Assembly (NCBI GenBank): GCA_046045965.1
Contig: JBJOKS010000009.1
Location: 1 to 64,000, forward strand
Reading direction: 5' to 3'
DNA length: 64,000 bases
Source: Cyanobacteriota bacterium
GTDB lineage: Bacteria; Cyanobacteriota; Cyanobacteriia; Cyanobacteriales; Nostocaceae
The notes under the pieces: generated by a model
Database searches by the model: none
Told to the model about the DNA's origin: nothing
Seen by the model: only the letters and a program-made list of their open reading frames with translations
In this document: piece after piece, positions 49,112-59,008 of the stretch
Position numbering within the stretch: position 1 is the first letter of the stretch
How the letters are laid out: each line of letters opens with the position of its first letter
Translations under genes and position numbers: made by a program

Positions 49112-50362
49112 TTAACCAATTGTTCCTGAATACCAAAGTTCTGCTAACTGATATTTTGGTATCTCTACTATTTTTTTACCTGTAGTTTCATCCTCTATAA
49201 TTTCACCTTCCACAGTGCCTATACCTACAAGTGTTTCCAGAGATGTATTTAGATTTCTGACATCACTGGTTCTATTACGTTTTTCTAACCGCACTGTATA
49301 GACATGATCTAAATGATTATGAAACTCGCGCAAAACAGATGGACTATGGGAAGTAATGATAAATTGAGATGTGAAACCTTCTGAAGTTGGAGATGTCATT
49401 TGCCAAATCCAACGCATTAGTTCTTGAATATTTCCAGGATTTACACCATTTTCAATTTCTTCTAAGAGTATCAAACTTGGTGGTCTGTAAAGAGAAGCAA
49501 GAAGACTAATAGCAGCTGCTTTCATGAATCCATCTGAAACCGCATCTGGTGGAAATTCTTGTACAATTGTATTTTGTCCAAGATCAAAATTCCATACAAG
49601 TTTGGAGATTTTATCACTATAGCGAACCCCTTGAAAGTTCTTTTCAAATCGCCTCATTAAAGCAGTAAATCTTGTAAATGTTCGTTCTTCTTTTTCTTTG
49701 ATATATTTAATAACAGCTTGCAGTCCACGCCCTGTACTACCTAATTCAGAAGGAATTTTAATAAAATCACTCTTGTCTATTTCATCCTGAGCATCATCAA
49801 CATCATGAATTTGCTCATCTTTAACTAAACCTTTTAAAAAAGCAGGTTGGAAGTGATAACTATATGTGTTTGCAAAATCTCCAAAAAATTCTCTACATAA
49901 TTTTTTTTCTGCTGGTTGCAAAGATGAATTATCTTCAATATTTTGTCTTAAAGCAATTAAATTAGTTGACTGATCATATCCACTTGTAATTATCTTTTCA
50001 TTATTATCTAGTCTGATTGTTATTTTTTCTTTGCAACTAGCAAACTCTGGAAAATTTTTATTCTCATGCAATTCTATTTCATAAATAATACTGCCTTTGG
50101 AATTATTCCAAGCGATTTTAAATTCCATTGGTTCGCCATCAGCTAGTCTATAACGATGAGCATATAAGTCTCTGTGGACATTAACTGTTTTTTTAGCATT
50201 TCCAGGGCGACCTCTTCTGACAAGCCTACAAAAGTGTTGTATACCTGCTAGAAGATTAGACTTACCTGAATTATTATTACCAATCAACAAGGTAACTGGA
50301 TAAAGCTCTAGAGTAGTCAGCTTATGGGTTTTAAAGTTTTTAAGTGTAACTTGCGTAAACAT
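49112..50362 (-). CDS. ABC-type (AAA_21/AAA_15-like) soluble ATPase
   Basis: LKNFKT, Walker A GNNNSGKSN, signature VSDG, Walker B LLEEIENG, H-loop TSHSP, and C-terminal LAELWYSGTIG. Confidence 0.88.
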   Translation of the reverse strand: MFTQVTLKNFKTHKLTTLELYPVTLLIGNNNSGKSNLLAGIQHFCRLVRRGRPGNAKKTVNVHRDLYAHRYRLADGEPMEFKIAWNNSKGSIIYEIELHENKNFPEFASCKEKITIRLDNNEKIITSGYDQSTNLIALRQNIEDNSSLQPAEKKLCREFFGDFANTYSYHFQPAFLKGLVKDEQIHDVDDAQDEIDKSDFIKIPSELGSTGRGLQAVIKYIKEKEERTFTRFTALMRRFEKNFQGVRYSDKISKLVWNFDLGQNTIVQEFPPDAVSDGFMKAAAISLLASLYRPPSLILLEEIENGVNPGNIQELMRWIWQMTSPTSEGFTSQFIITSHSPSVLREFHNHLDHVYTVRLEKRNRTSDVRNLNTSLETLVGIGTVEGEIIEDETTGKKIVEIPKYQLAELWYSGTIG

Positions 50363-50660
50363 AATTATTTTCTCGTAACGACTATAATTTTACATTATTA
50401 CTGTCAATAACACAACTTTTTGTGCTGGTAAAGGCTAGTAAGAGCGAGTGAAGTTATTTTAATAAAGCCATCTGATCCAAAAACAATAGATTCTTAGATT
50501 GATTTTAGTGACTTATCTGAACAGGTAAATTTTACACAAAGCAGTGATGAATGACTAATTAAACCATGCAATATCCTCGACTTCTTTAATAAGTCAGGGT
50601 ATCTAAACTTATAAAATCAGGTTACAATAACTAAAAATTAACGAAAGATAACAGTTTTTG

Positions 50661-51890
50661 GTGAATAAACCTCAAATCCCCAATTTACCCCTACCAGCAC
50701 CCCTTATAGGCTCAGATGCTGGTTCTTTTACTGAGTTTACAGTAACCCAAAGAATGCCAGATATTGCACGTCGTGTAATCACAGAAAATAAATTCTCCAC
50801 CGAGATAAATCAAAACTTGGAAAAATTAGCATCAGAACTACCAAGCGGATATTTACAACCTTTAACAAATGATTCTAGTGTCGATTTTCACGACTGGGAG
50901 AAATATCTAGAACCCTATAAAAATCAGCGTTGGGTAGATGTACCTTGGTTTGTTGCAGAAACTTATTTTTATCGTCTGATTCTCAACATTACTAATTACT
51001 TTCAATTAGGAAAATGGCAAAGTGTTGATCCATTTTTATTACAAAAAAACCAAGGTTTAGAAGCATCAATTGATGCTATTAGTTCTTTGTGTACTCAAGT
51101 ACAACAATGGTTGGATGAGTCCATAAAAGCAGGTAAACCTAGTAAATCGTCTCTCATTGCTTTATTGTATTTTGCATTATGGGGAAATCGTGTTGATTTA
51201 AGTTTATGGTCAGCTTTTGAAGATGACAGGAGTAGTTTTGATATTCAAACTCAATTAAGTAACATTTTAGTAGATGACTCCTTTGCCGTTACCAAGCTCT
51301 TAAGTAAATCTCAGAATAACCGCATTGATTTTGTCATTGATAATGCTGGGTTTGAGTTAATTTGTGATTTATGTTTAGTAGATTTTCTCTTGGGTAGTGG
51401 CTTTGCAAATCAGGTTTATTTGCATTTAAAACCCCATCCAACTTTCGTATCTGATGCGATGATCAAAGATGTGCATGAAACGAAGGAATTTTTAGAAAAA
51501 AGTAGCCATTCTCAAGTTCAATCTTTGGGACAGATACTAACAGAAAACCTAGCTTCCGGTCGGTTAGTTTTAACTGAAGATTATTTTTGGACTTCACCTT
51601 TAGCGTTTTGGGAAATGCCAAAATCACTCAAAGAAGAGTTAGGGAAGTCGAATTTAATAGTTGTTAAAGGTGATGCTAATTATCGGCGTTTGTTGGGAGA
51701 TTTACACTGGAATTTTACCACAAAATTCGCAGAGATAGTTTCTTATTTACCTGCTCCTATGGTAGCTTTACGTACTTTAAAATCAGAAGTAGCCGCAGGT
51801 TTAAAAGCTGAAGTTTTGGAGGAATTAACAATAGCTGATCCTAAGTGGTTGACAAATGGACAGTGGGGGGTAATTCAGTTGGTAGACTAA
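50661..51890 (+). CDS. ARMT1/DUF89 damage-control phosphatase
   Basis: LWGNRVDLS, DNAGFEL..D, FVSDA, KGDANYRRL and LRTLKSE. Confidence 0.9.
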   Translation: MNKPQIPNLPLPAPLIGSDAGSFTEFTVTQRMPDIARRVITENKFSTEINQNLEKLASELPSGYLQPLTNDSSVDFHDWEKYLEPYKNQRWVDVPWFVAETYFYRLILNITNYFQLGKWQSVDPFLLQKNQGLEASIDAISSLCTQVQQWLDESIKAGKPSKSSLIALLYFALWGNRVDLSLWSAFEDDRSSFDIQTQLSNILVDDSFAVTKLLSKSQNNRIDFVIDNAGFELICDLCLVDFLLGSGFANQVYLHLKPHPTFVSDAMIKDVHETKEFLEKSSHSQVQSLGQILTENLASGRLVLTEDYFWTSPLAFWEMPKSLKEELGKSNLIVVKGDANYRRLLGDLHWNFTTKFAEIVSYLPAPMVALRTLKSEVAAGLKAEVLEELTIADPKWLTNGQWGVIQLVD

Positions 51891-51963
51891 GGAGAGGAGA
51901 GAATATTTAAAAAGTATCAAAATTCCTGATGCAAGCAAATATTCTGACTCCTGAATTCTTACA

Positions 51964-53097
51964 TTAAATTGTCATGGGTGACTCAACATAAAGAGTTGGT
52001 TCTTGCATCTTAAATTCTATACCGTAACCAAGCAATTTTTTAGAAATATGTTCATTTGCTAATTCTAATAAACGCTTGCGGAAGTCAATTGAATTTTCAT
52101 GAGAACCCAAAATAAAGAAACTCACCCTAGCGCGAACTCCTTCTTGATCTTCTTGGGGAAATAAGTTAATTTTGGTACTATTGGGATCAATTCCAAATAA
52201 AGTAATGGTACTTTCCTTAATCACTTTTTCTAGTAATGCTTCTTCTGGTTTTTCTAGGATTCTCGGAAAATCAAGATAAAGCAAAACCATTAACTTTTTC
52301 CCTCTAGTGATATTTTCAATATCAACTTTTGCCATTACTGAATTAGGAACAATTACCAAGGTACTTTTAGCAGCAATTCTCAGCTTTGTGGAACGCAAAC
52401 CAATTGATTCCACACGCGCAAATAATATACCTTGAGAACTTAAATTAACGCGAATGTATTCCCCAGGAACAAAAGGACGATCTAGATATAAAACAACAGT
52501 ACCAAAAATTTGTTCCAGAGTGCTTTGAGCAGCAAAAGCAACGGCTATACCCCCAATACCCAAACCAGCAATTAAACCTATTAAATTAACATTCTGACTC
52601 TGAGCAAATGCTAAAGCTGCTATAAAACCAATAAAGACATTAGCGACTGTTTCCACAACTAGCAATAATTCATCAACTTCTAACCCTACTTTGCGAATTA
52701 AATCAATTCCGTAAACGCGCAAAACCTGACGAAACAAACGGGATACTAAAGCTGCAAAACTACTAATTACTGCTAAATCTAGAAAAAATTTCAGGAATTG
52801 ATAAAAGCCTGTATATTGTTGCAGCAAATTCAAAGATACAGCAACAAGAACTAAAGTCCCTGTAATTTTCAGGAGATTTTCTAGAGGATCAATTAAACTT
52901 TCATAAATCTTGACTATTGGTTGGGGTGTAAATTTATGAACGATTATTGTTAACACACCCGGAGTATATTTACCAACTAGCAAAGATCCGAGAAAAAAGA
53001 ACCCAAAAATTCCCAAATTAATTGCCAATGATATCAGAAGTTTACGTGTTTCTTCGTCAATTAGCAACCAATTTGGGATGTCTAATAAAATCTGCAT
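51964..53097 (-). CDS. MscS family mechanosensitive channel
   Basis: GLGIGGIAVAFAAQ, LDRPF, VESIGLRSTK and IVPNS. Confidence 0.9.
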   Translation of the reverse strand: MQILLDIPNWLLIDEETRKLLISLAINLGIFGFFFLGSLLVGKYTPGVLTIIVHKFTPQPIVKIYESLIDPLENLLKITGTLVLVAVSLNLLQQYTGFYQFLKFFLDLAVISSFAALVSRLFRQVLRVYGIDLIRKVGLEVDELLLVVETVANVFIGFIAALAFAQSQNVNLIGLIAGLGIGGIAVAFAAQSTLEQIFGTVVLYLDRPFVPGEYIRVNLSSQGILFARVESIGLRSTKLRIAAKSTLVIVPNSVMAKVDIENITRGKKLMVLLYLDFPRILEKPEEALLEKVIKESTITLFGIDPNSTKINLFPQEDQEGVRARVSFFILGSHENSIDFRKRLLELANEHISKKLLGYGIEFKMQEPTLYVESPMTI

Positions 53098-53134
53098 TTT
53101 ACTTATTTACCGAACTTTACCGAACCGAACTTAT

Positions 53135-54118
53135 TTAAATTGTGATGGGAGCATCAATATTCACTGCTTCCTCTGCAACCTCAAAATCAATACCAAATCC
53201 TTGAAGTTGCATGGTAATATTTTGTTTGGCTATATCTAGTAATTGATGACGCATATCCATACCTATTTCCCCAGCACCGAGAATAAAAAAGCTAATTTGT
53301 GCCTGGGTAGTATGAGTTTTTTCATCTTGATATATATCTTTAAACTTTACTTCAGTATTACGGGAATCAATACCAAATAAATCCTTGGTACTTTCTAAGA
53401 TAACCTGACGAATTAAAGCTCTTTCATTTTCGTTGATTTTTTGATAGAACTTCAAATAAATTAAGGAAACAACTTTTCTACCTCCTGTGAAGTTTTCAAT
53501 ATTTAATTGAATTAGTGAATCGTTGGGAACTATAGTTACAGTTCCTTTACCGGAATTTCTAATTTTAGTAGAACGTAAACCTATTGATTCTACTTTACCA
53601 AATGTCCCATCCGGTAAACCAATATAGTCATCAACTACAAAAGGTCTATCAATATAAATGACTATTCCACCTAATAACTGTTGCAAGGTTTGTTTAGCTG
53701 CAAAAGCCAAAGCTACTCCTCCAATTCCTAAACTTGTTAATAACCCTAAGAGATTGATTTGATGAGCTTGAGCAAAAATGCAGAAGATGATGATAAAAAT
53801 TAGACCTTTGGCTATAATATTAGATACTACTAATATTTCACCGTTCATTTTTTGCTTAATCGCTGACTCTAGCACATAATAATTGAAGAATTTATCAAAC
53901 AAACGGGAAGTTAAAACACCAACCATAATGGCTATTGATATCCCCAAGGGAATCTCTACATATTTAAGCCAAGTTTGTGGGAGAATAATTAATAAGAAGA
54001 TATCAATTACCATTAATAAACAAACAAATATTACCCATTTTCGGTAAGGTGTAATAATTTGCTCATAGATTTTCTGTAGTTGAGGTGATAAAAACTGAGT
54101 AATGATTGATTGATTCAT
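53135..54118 (-). CDS. MscS family mechanosensitive channel (tandem paralog)
   Basis: SLGIGGVALAFAAK, IDRPF and GKVESIGLRSTK. The ORF could extend to GTG 54157. Confidence 0.88.
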   Translation of the reverse strand: MNQSIITQFLSPQLQKIYEQIITPYRKWVIFVCLLMVIDIFLLIILPQTWLKYVEIPLGISIAIMVGVLTSRLFDKFFNYYVLESAIKQKMNGEILVVSNIIAKGLIFIIIFCIFAQAHQINLLGLLTSLGIGGVALAFAAKQTLQQLLGGIVIYIDRPFVVDDYIGLPDGTFGKVESIGLRSTKIRNSGKGTVTIVPNDSLIQLNIENFTGGRKVVSLIYLKFYQKINENERALIRQVILESTKDLFGIDSRNTEVKFKDIYQDEKTHTTQAQISFFILGAGEIGMDMRHQLLDIAKQNITMQLQGFGIDFEVAEEAVNIDAPITI

Positions 54119-54549
54119 TTTCTGCAAACAGACTGATACAATAAATTCAGAAGCCACGCAAATATTTTACAACTATGCAAAATTTGCCTAAGTTGTTTAT
54201 AACTTTTGCTAAAACGAGTCTACTTCACACCATGACTGGGAAACTTACTTATACCCAGAAGATCAAGCTTACAAACTTGTTCGTAATTTCTGCGAGTCTA
54301 AATATTATATCAAATTTATATCAAATGGATGATAATAATTTGGATATCTTGATTAGGAACCCATTCGGATATCTTTAAATCATACTGTAGACATAGGTAA
54401 AAATCTTAATCGACCAGACAACAGTGTAATTTGAAAACAAAGATAATTGGAAAATAGCTAAGTAAAATTACTAAAATAAGATATAATACTTGATAATCAA
54501 AGATTGACTTATTCGTTAGAATCAGCTTAGACGTTAGCTAATTTCAGCT

Positions 54550-56115
54550 ATGAAATTGATTTCTGAACCATCGGTTCCTGTAAAAATCCAAAAAATGAAC
54601 CAAAGGGTGCGATGGCAGCATCCTAGCATTCAGCAACGAGGAATTGACCAAACCTCGATGATTTTAGATGATGGCAAAGAGGATAGTCCAGATTTTTCGT
54701 TTATGGTAATTGGCGATACTGGAACTAAATCTCATTACGGTTCCCATCCTCAGCGTCAAGTTGCCGAAATGATGCTAAATCATAGTGATAATTGCCGTTT
54801 TATTTTGCATACTGGTGATGTCGTTTATGTGGTGGGTTCTCGTGAGTATTATCCGCCTAATTTTATTGAACCTTACCGCGAATTTTTGGTAGGTGGAGAA
54901 AACCCCAAAAATATTGCTTATGACCAGATGGTTTTTAAGTTCCCAATTTTGCCCGTTTTAGGTAATCATGACTATTATGATGTGCCTTGGATGTATCGCT
55001 TAATCACGGGTTCAACTTTACCTTTGCGTCGGATGTTGCGTTACAAAGATATTGAAATTGGTTGGCATGGTTCAAACCAAGGTGATGCTTATACAAGAGC
55101 TTTTATTGATTATTTAGCTGCTATTTCTCCCAGCGAGTTAGAAGAACATTTAGACACATATTACACAGCTAAAAGTAATACAGGTCGTTGTTTGCGTTAC
55201 CAACCAGGACAATTTACCCGCTTACCTAATCGTTATTATACGTTTCGTTATGGTGGTATTGATTTTTTTGCCCTTGATTCTAATACTTTTAATACACCGG
55301 AACCTTTACCTGAAAAGCAAGCTGGAGATATTCGTCGGGAGTTGTTACAGCGTCGTCAACAGCTAGAACAAGAAGAATTACAAATTTTGGCAGAGTGTGA
55401 TAAACTTGACTCAGAAAATCCTGAAGAATCAGAACTACTAGCTGACTTGGGTGCTAAAGTAGACCAACTAAATGAAGTCAAGATTGATATTGAAAAGCAA
55501 TTAGAAATTCACACAAGTGCTGATGTTGATTTTGAACAACTTGATTGGTTGCGAAATCGGCTAATTGAATCTTGGCATAATTCTGAAGTGAGGGGACGGG
55601 TAATATTTTTCCATCATCCTCCTTATGTGACAGAAGCTACCAAGTGGCATCAAGGACAAACTTTAGCTGTGCGTCATCGTTTGCGGGGGGTATTTGAGCA
55701 AGTTGCGGCGGCTTTGGGTAATATAAATCAAGGTAGACCGCTTGTGGATGTGGTTTTCAATGGCCACGCGCACTGTTTGGAATATCTGCGGACGGTGGAT
55801 ACAGGATATGCCGATTCTCACATTAATTATATAGTTTGTGGTGGCAGTGGTCGCCGTCCCCGTCGCCAACGACAAGAAGGAACAGAATTAGTAGAAACCT
55901 TTACCGATGGCAATGGTGATTCTACTCATAAAGTCGCTGAGTCTTTGCTGTATGTAGGACGCAGTGGTTACGGTTCTGAGAGGAAAAAACCTTATTCTTG
56001 CTTGCGGGTGGATGTGAAAGAAGGTTTTCCGGCTAAGTTTATTATTACACCATTAGTTACAGAGCGAATAGAGGGGAAATGGTGCGATCGCCAATTAGAT
56101 CCTATTGTAATTTAA
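54550..56115 (+). CDS. Calcineurin-like metallophosphoesterase
   Basis: IGDTG, TGDVVY, LGNHDY, HHPPY and NGHAH. Confidence 0.9.
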   Translation: MKLISEPSVPVKIQKMNQRVRWQHPSIQQRGIDQTSMILDDGKEDSPDFSFMVIGDTGTKSHYGSHPQRQVAEMMLNHSDNCRFILHTGDVVYVVGSREYYPPNFIEPYREFLVGGENPKNIAYDQMVFKFPILPVLGNHDYYDVPWMYRLITGSTLPLRRMLRYKDIEIGWHGSNQGDAYTRAFIDYLAAISPSELEEHLDTYYTAKSNTGRCLRYQPGQFTRLPNRYYTFRYGGIDFFALDSNTFNTPEPLPEKQAGDIRRELLQRRQQLEQEELQILAECDKLDSENPEESELLADLGAKVDQLNEVKIDIEKQLEIHTSADVDFEQLDWLRNRLIESWHNSEVRGRVIFFHHPPYVTEATKWHQGQTLAVRHRLRGVFEQVAAALGNINQGRPLVDVVFNGHAHCLEYLRTVDTGYADSHINYIVCGGSGRRPRRQRQEGTELVETFTDGNGDSTHKVAESLLYVGRSGYGSERKKPYSCLRVDVKEGFPAKFIITPLVTERIEGKWCDRQLDPIVI

Positions 56116-56819
56116 TACTCATCCTGTTGCTAAGTTGGGGAACATTACTTACTTTCTCCAACCTTCCCGCAACAGCATTACCCGTTTACGAACAGCGACA
56201 AAATCACAGCCCTGATGGTATCGGTAAATACTACATGGGGCGGGAAATTTCCCAAGTCATGGGTTATACAGGTGCAGGTTGGTTAGAAAGACCCAGCAGG
56301 GAAACGGAAGAAAAACCCAGTCAAATAGTCAATCTTCTCAGCTTAAAACCTGATGATGTAGTTGCAGATATTGGTGCTGGTACGGGATATTTAAGTTTTT
56401 TAATTGCACCTTTATTACCACAAGGTAAGGTTTTAGCAGTTGATGTTCAACCGCAAATGTTGGAGATAATTGACTATTTTAAACAAGAGAAAAATATCAA
56501 TAATGTTGAACCGATTTTAGCAACTTTAACTAATCCTAACTTACCACCAGAAAGCATAGATTTAGCAATCTTTGTAGATGCTTATCACGAGTTAGCATAT
56601 CCACAAGAAGTGATGACAGAAATTGTTAAAGCTTTAAAACCAGGTGGGAGAGTTGTGTTAGTAGAATATCGGGGAGAAAACCCCTTTATTATGATTAAAC
56701 GTTTGCACAAAATGACACAAAAACAGGTGAAAAAAGAAATGCAAGCGGTGGGTTTAGTTTATCAAGAAACGAAAAATACATTACCGCAGCAGCATTTTTT
56801 GGTTTTTGCTAAAACATGA
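56079..56819 (+). CDS. Exported class I SAM-dependent methyltransferase
   Basis: Signal-like N-terminus, VADIGAGTGY, VDAYHEL and LPQQH. Confidence 0.85.
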   Translation: MVRSPIRSYCNLILILLLSWGTLLTFSNLPATALPVYEQRQNHSPDGIGKYYMGREISQVMGYTGAGWLERPSRETEEKPSQIVNLLSLKPDDVVADIGAGTGYLSFLIAPLLPQGKVLAVDVQPQMLEIIDYFKQEKNINNVEPILATLTNPNLPPESIDLAIFVDAYHELAYPQEVMTEIVKALKPGGRVVLVEYRGENPFIMIKRLHKMTQKQVKKEMQAVGLVYQETKNTLPQQHFLVFAKT

Positions 56820-56982
56820 TTTTTTTATCTCACACAGAGACGCAGAGTAACAGAGGAAGAACGCAAGAGTTTTGATATAATTAAAAAAAATCTCTCTCTT
56901 TTCTCTCTTCTCTTTCTTCCCTTCGTTTCTTCGTGTCTTCGTGGTTCGTTAAAAAGAAGTTTATGAAAAATATAAATAATTT

Positions 56983-57014
56983 GTTGGGTTGCGCTGTCGC
57001 TTAACCCAACCTAC
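56983..57014 (-). repeat. REP-like GTAG-ended palindrome
   Basis: The minus strand reads GTAG-GTTGGGTT-AAGCGACAGCGC-AACCCAAC. Confidence 0.7.
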
Positions 57015-57020
57015 TGTAAC

Positions 57021-57302
57021 TTATAACATTTGCGGAATCAAACTAGCTTTTTTAGCTGCACTATCCCAAACTATCCAATTGATATTATCATCCAAATCAA
57101 CTGCATTATTCGTAACTTTAAAATACAACTTTTCACCTCCTTTCACTTCAACAGCAAAATCACCTTTTTGGGCATAAACAACAATAAAACCTCTATCCCG
57201 TAAACAATACATTGCCCAATTTTTTAAAGATTGTTTATAAGGTTCGTGAGGAATAGGTGGGTTAGTAATTACGTCATTAATAACTTTTAAAACTTTTTCC
57301 AT
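57021..57302 (-). CDS. Hypothetical protein
   Basis: 93-aa ORF, co-oriented and 8 nt from the VOC gene. Confidence 0.7.
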   Translation of the reverse strand: MEKVLKVINDVITNPPIPHEPYKQSLKNWAMYCLRDRGFIVVYAQKGDFAVEVKGGEKLYFKVTNNAVDLDDNINWIVWDSAAKKASLIPQML

Positions 57303-57310
57303 TTTCGTAT

Positions 57311-57757
57311 CTAATGAGGATCACAACGAATTTCTATCATAAACCCATCGGGGTCATAAAAGTACACTCCTCTACCTGTGGGACGGGTAAGGGGTCCATA
57401 AGCTATGACTAAATTATTTTCCCTGATAACTGACACGGCTTGATCAAATAATTCTGGATCAATATCAAATGCTAAATGATATGCTCTAGTAAAGGATTTA
57501 CTGGGATCAGGGTCTGGTGGTAATAATTCTGGTTCTCCAAATAAGTCTAATATTGTTCCATCTGGGGTGATGAAATTAGCAACTTTTCCCTCAGCAACGA
57601 GTTGTTTTAATGTTTCGGGAATTTCTTCTCCTGTGAGTTCGTGTAATCCTAAAATATGTCCATAAAAATGGCGTGATGCTTGCATATCGGCAACGTTTAA
57701 AGCGATATGATGGACTTTGCGTAGGTAGCCGGTGGGAATGGTTTTTTGAGAAATCAT
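57311..57757 (-). CDS. VOC/glyoxalase family protein
   Basis: VHHIALNV, HLAFDI and VYFYDPDG..IE. Confidence 0.9.
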   Translation of the reverse strand: MISQKTIPTGYLRKVHHIALNVADMQASRHFYGHILGLHELTGEEIPETLKQLVAEGKVANFITPDGTILDLFGEPELLPPDPDPSKSFTRAYHLAFDIDPELFDQAVSVIRENNLVIAYGPLTRPTGRGVYFYDPDGFMIEIRCDPH

Positions 57758-57764
57758 ATTTTTT

Positions 57765-57797
57765 AACGAACCGCTTCAGACGCAGAGTACGCAGAGG
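57765..57797. repeat. Dispersed AACGAACCGC...(CGCAGAG)n repeat
   Basis: Reverse complement is nearly identical to 11641-11672. Related variants lie at 56829-56856 and 56921-56950. Confidence 0.75.
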
Positions 57798-57808
57798 GAA
57801 GAGAAAAT

Positions 57809-58402
57809 TTATGGGTTTAAAATTATCTGTAAATCTAGTATAAAACCTGGTAGGATATCTTCGCCAGAAAGTTTTGGTGGGTTGTGAAAATCAAAGTTAA
57901 TAATTTTTACATTTTTTCCTGGACGATAAATTTCTACTAGGGGTGTTTGTGGGTCAATTAACCATCCTAAAAGTGCGCCATTATCTCTATATTCTCGCAT
58001 TTTAGGGCGTAGTTTTTCTAAAGTATCAGTTTCCGAACGTAGTTCAATTACAAAATCAGGACAAAGGGGAGGAAAACGTTTTTTCTCTTCTGGGTTTAAA
58101 GCCTCCCATCGTGATAATTTTACCCAAGCTGCATCAGGACAGCGATAAGCACCACTAGGTAATTTAAATTCGGTGGAAGAGTCAAATACTTTACCTAATT
58201 TCGTTTGACGATTCCATAAACCTAAATCTGTACTTAAATTAGCATTTATAATTCCGTTTTCTCCACCTGTGGGGGGCGTAATTATTAATTCTCGTGTTTG
58301 GGTAAGTTCTAATTTCCAGGGTTCGTTAGCAATGCAAAGTTGATAAAACTGCTCATCTGTTAAACCTACTGCGGGAGGTATGTTTAAGGTGAGGGTTTCC
58401 AT
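57809..58402 (-). CDS. Uma2 (DUF820) family endonuclease-like protein
   Basis: VFDSSTEF, PDAAWV, CPDFVIELRS and LGWLIDP. Confidence 0.9.
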   Translation of the reverse strand: METLTLNIPPAVGLTDEQFYQLCIANEPWKLELTQTRELIITPPTGGENGIINANLSTDLGLWNRQTKLGKVFDSSTEFKLPSGAYRCPDAAWVKLSRWEALNPEEKKRFPPLCPDFVIELRSETDTLEKLRPKMREYRDNGALLGWLIDPQTPLVEIYRPGKNVKIINFDFHNPPKLSGEDILPGFILDLQIILNP

Positions 58403-58536
58403 AGGTTTTACTCAAAGAGGTTATTTTTATTATCAGCTAATATCAGCCAAGTCAATTATTCTATCTATCAATATCAGTATTTTTGCGTTAATATTATACT
58501 AAAGAGGTAAGTTTTTTACTATGACTAAACTTGACA

Positions 58537-58998
58537 ATGATCAATGATCAGGAATTCCTTCATGGTGCTGCGTTTTTACGACTAATTGATCATGGGGAAC
58601 AAATAACTATTACTCACGCATCCTGGATACACCCGTCAATTTACTTGGTTGACACTGGTAACAGTCAGTCAGCTATTCTTTTTAAAGTTTCTAAGAAACC
58701 TAAATCTGCATGGTCTTTCACTTTAAGCAGTCAAGAAGAATCAGCATTAGAGATTCTACCCAGTAAATATGATGGGATTTCACTTTTTTTAGCTCTCATC
58801 TGTCATAAAGATGGTATCTGCTGCATACCCCAAAAACGCCTTTGGAGTGTATTGGACACAGATACAGGTATTGCTGGTCAGCATATATCTGTGTCTCGCA
58901 AACCACATGGTAGTTATCATGTCAGTGGACCTGGTAGACAGAAGATGGAACAAACAGTTCCTCAGAATGACTGGCCTCGTGTACTTTTTTGCAAATAG
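58537..58998 (+). CDS. Hypothetical protein, first gene of an operon with the Z1 protein
   Basis: 153-aa ORF ending 10 nt before the Z1 ATG; alpha/beta pattern. Confidence 0.7.
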   Translation: MINDQEFLHGAAFLRLIDHGEQITITHASWIHPSIYLVDTGNSQSAILFKVSKKPKSAWSFTLSSQEESALEILPSKYDGISLFLALICHKDGICCIPQKRLWSVLDTDTGIAGQHISVSRKPHGSYHVSGPGRQKMEQTVPQNDWPRVLFCK

Positions 58999-59008
58999 GA
59001 TAATCCCG

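Noticed and set aside
54175..54378. 67-aa ORF in the mscS / metallophosphoesterase spacer
   Set aside because: No motif or clear RBS; probably a chance ORF in a divergent promoter region.
58811..59008. Longer start for the Z1 ORF
   Set aside because: It overlaps the upstream gene by about 190 nt; ATG 59009 gives a normal operon junction.
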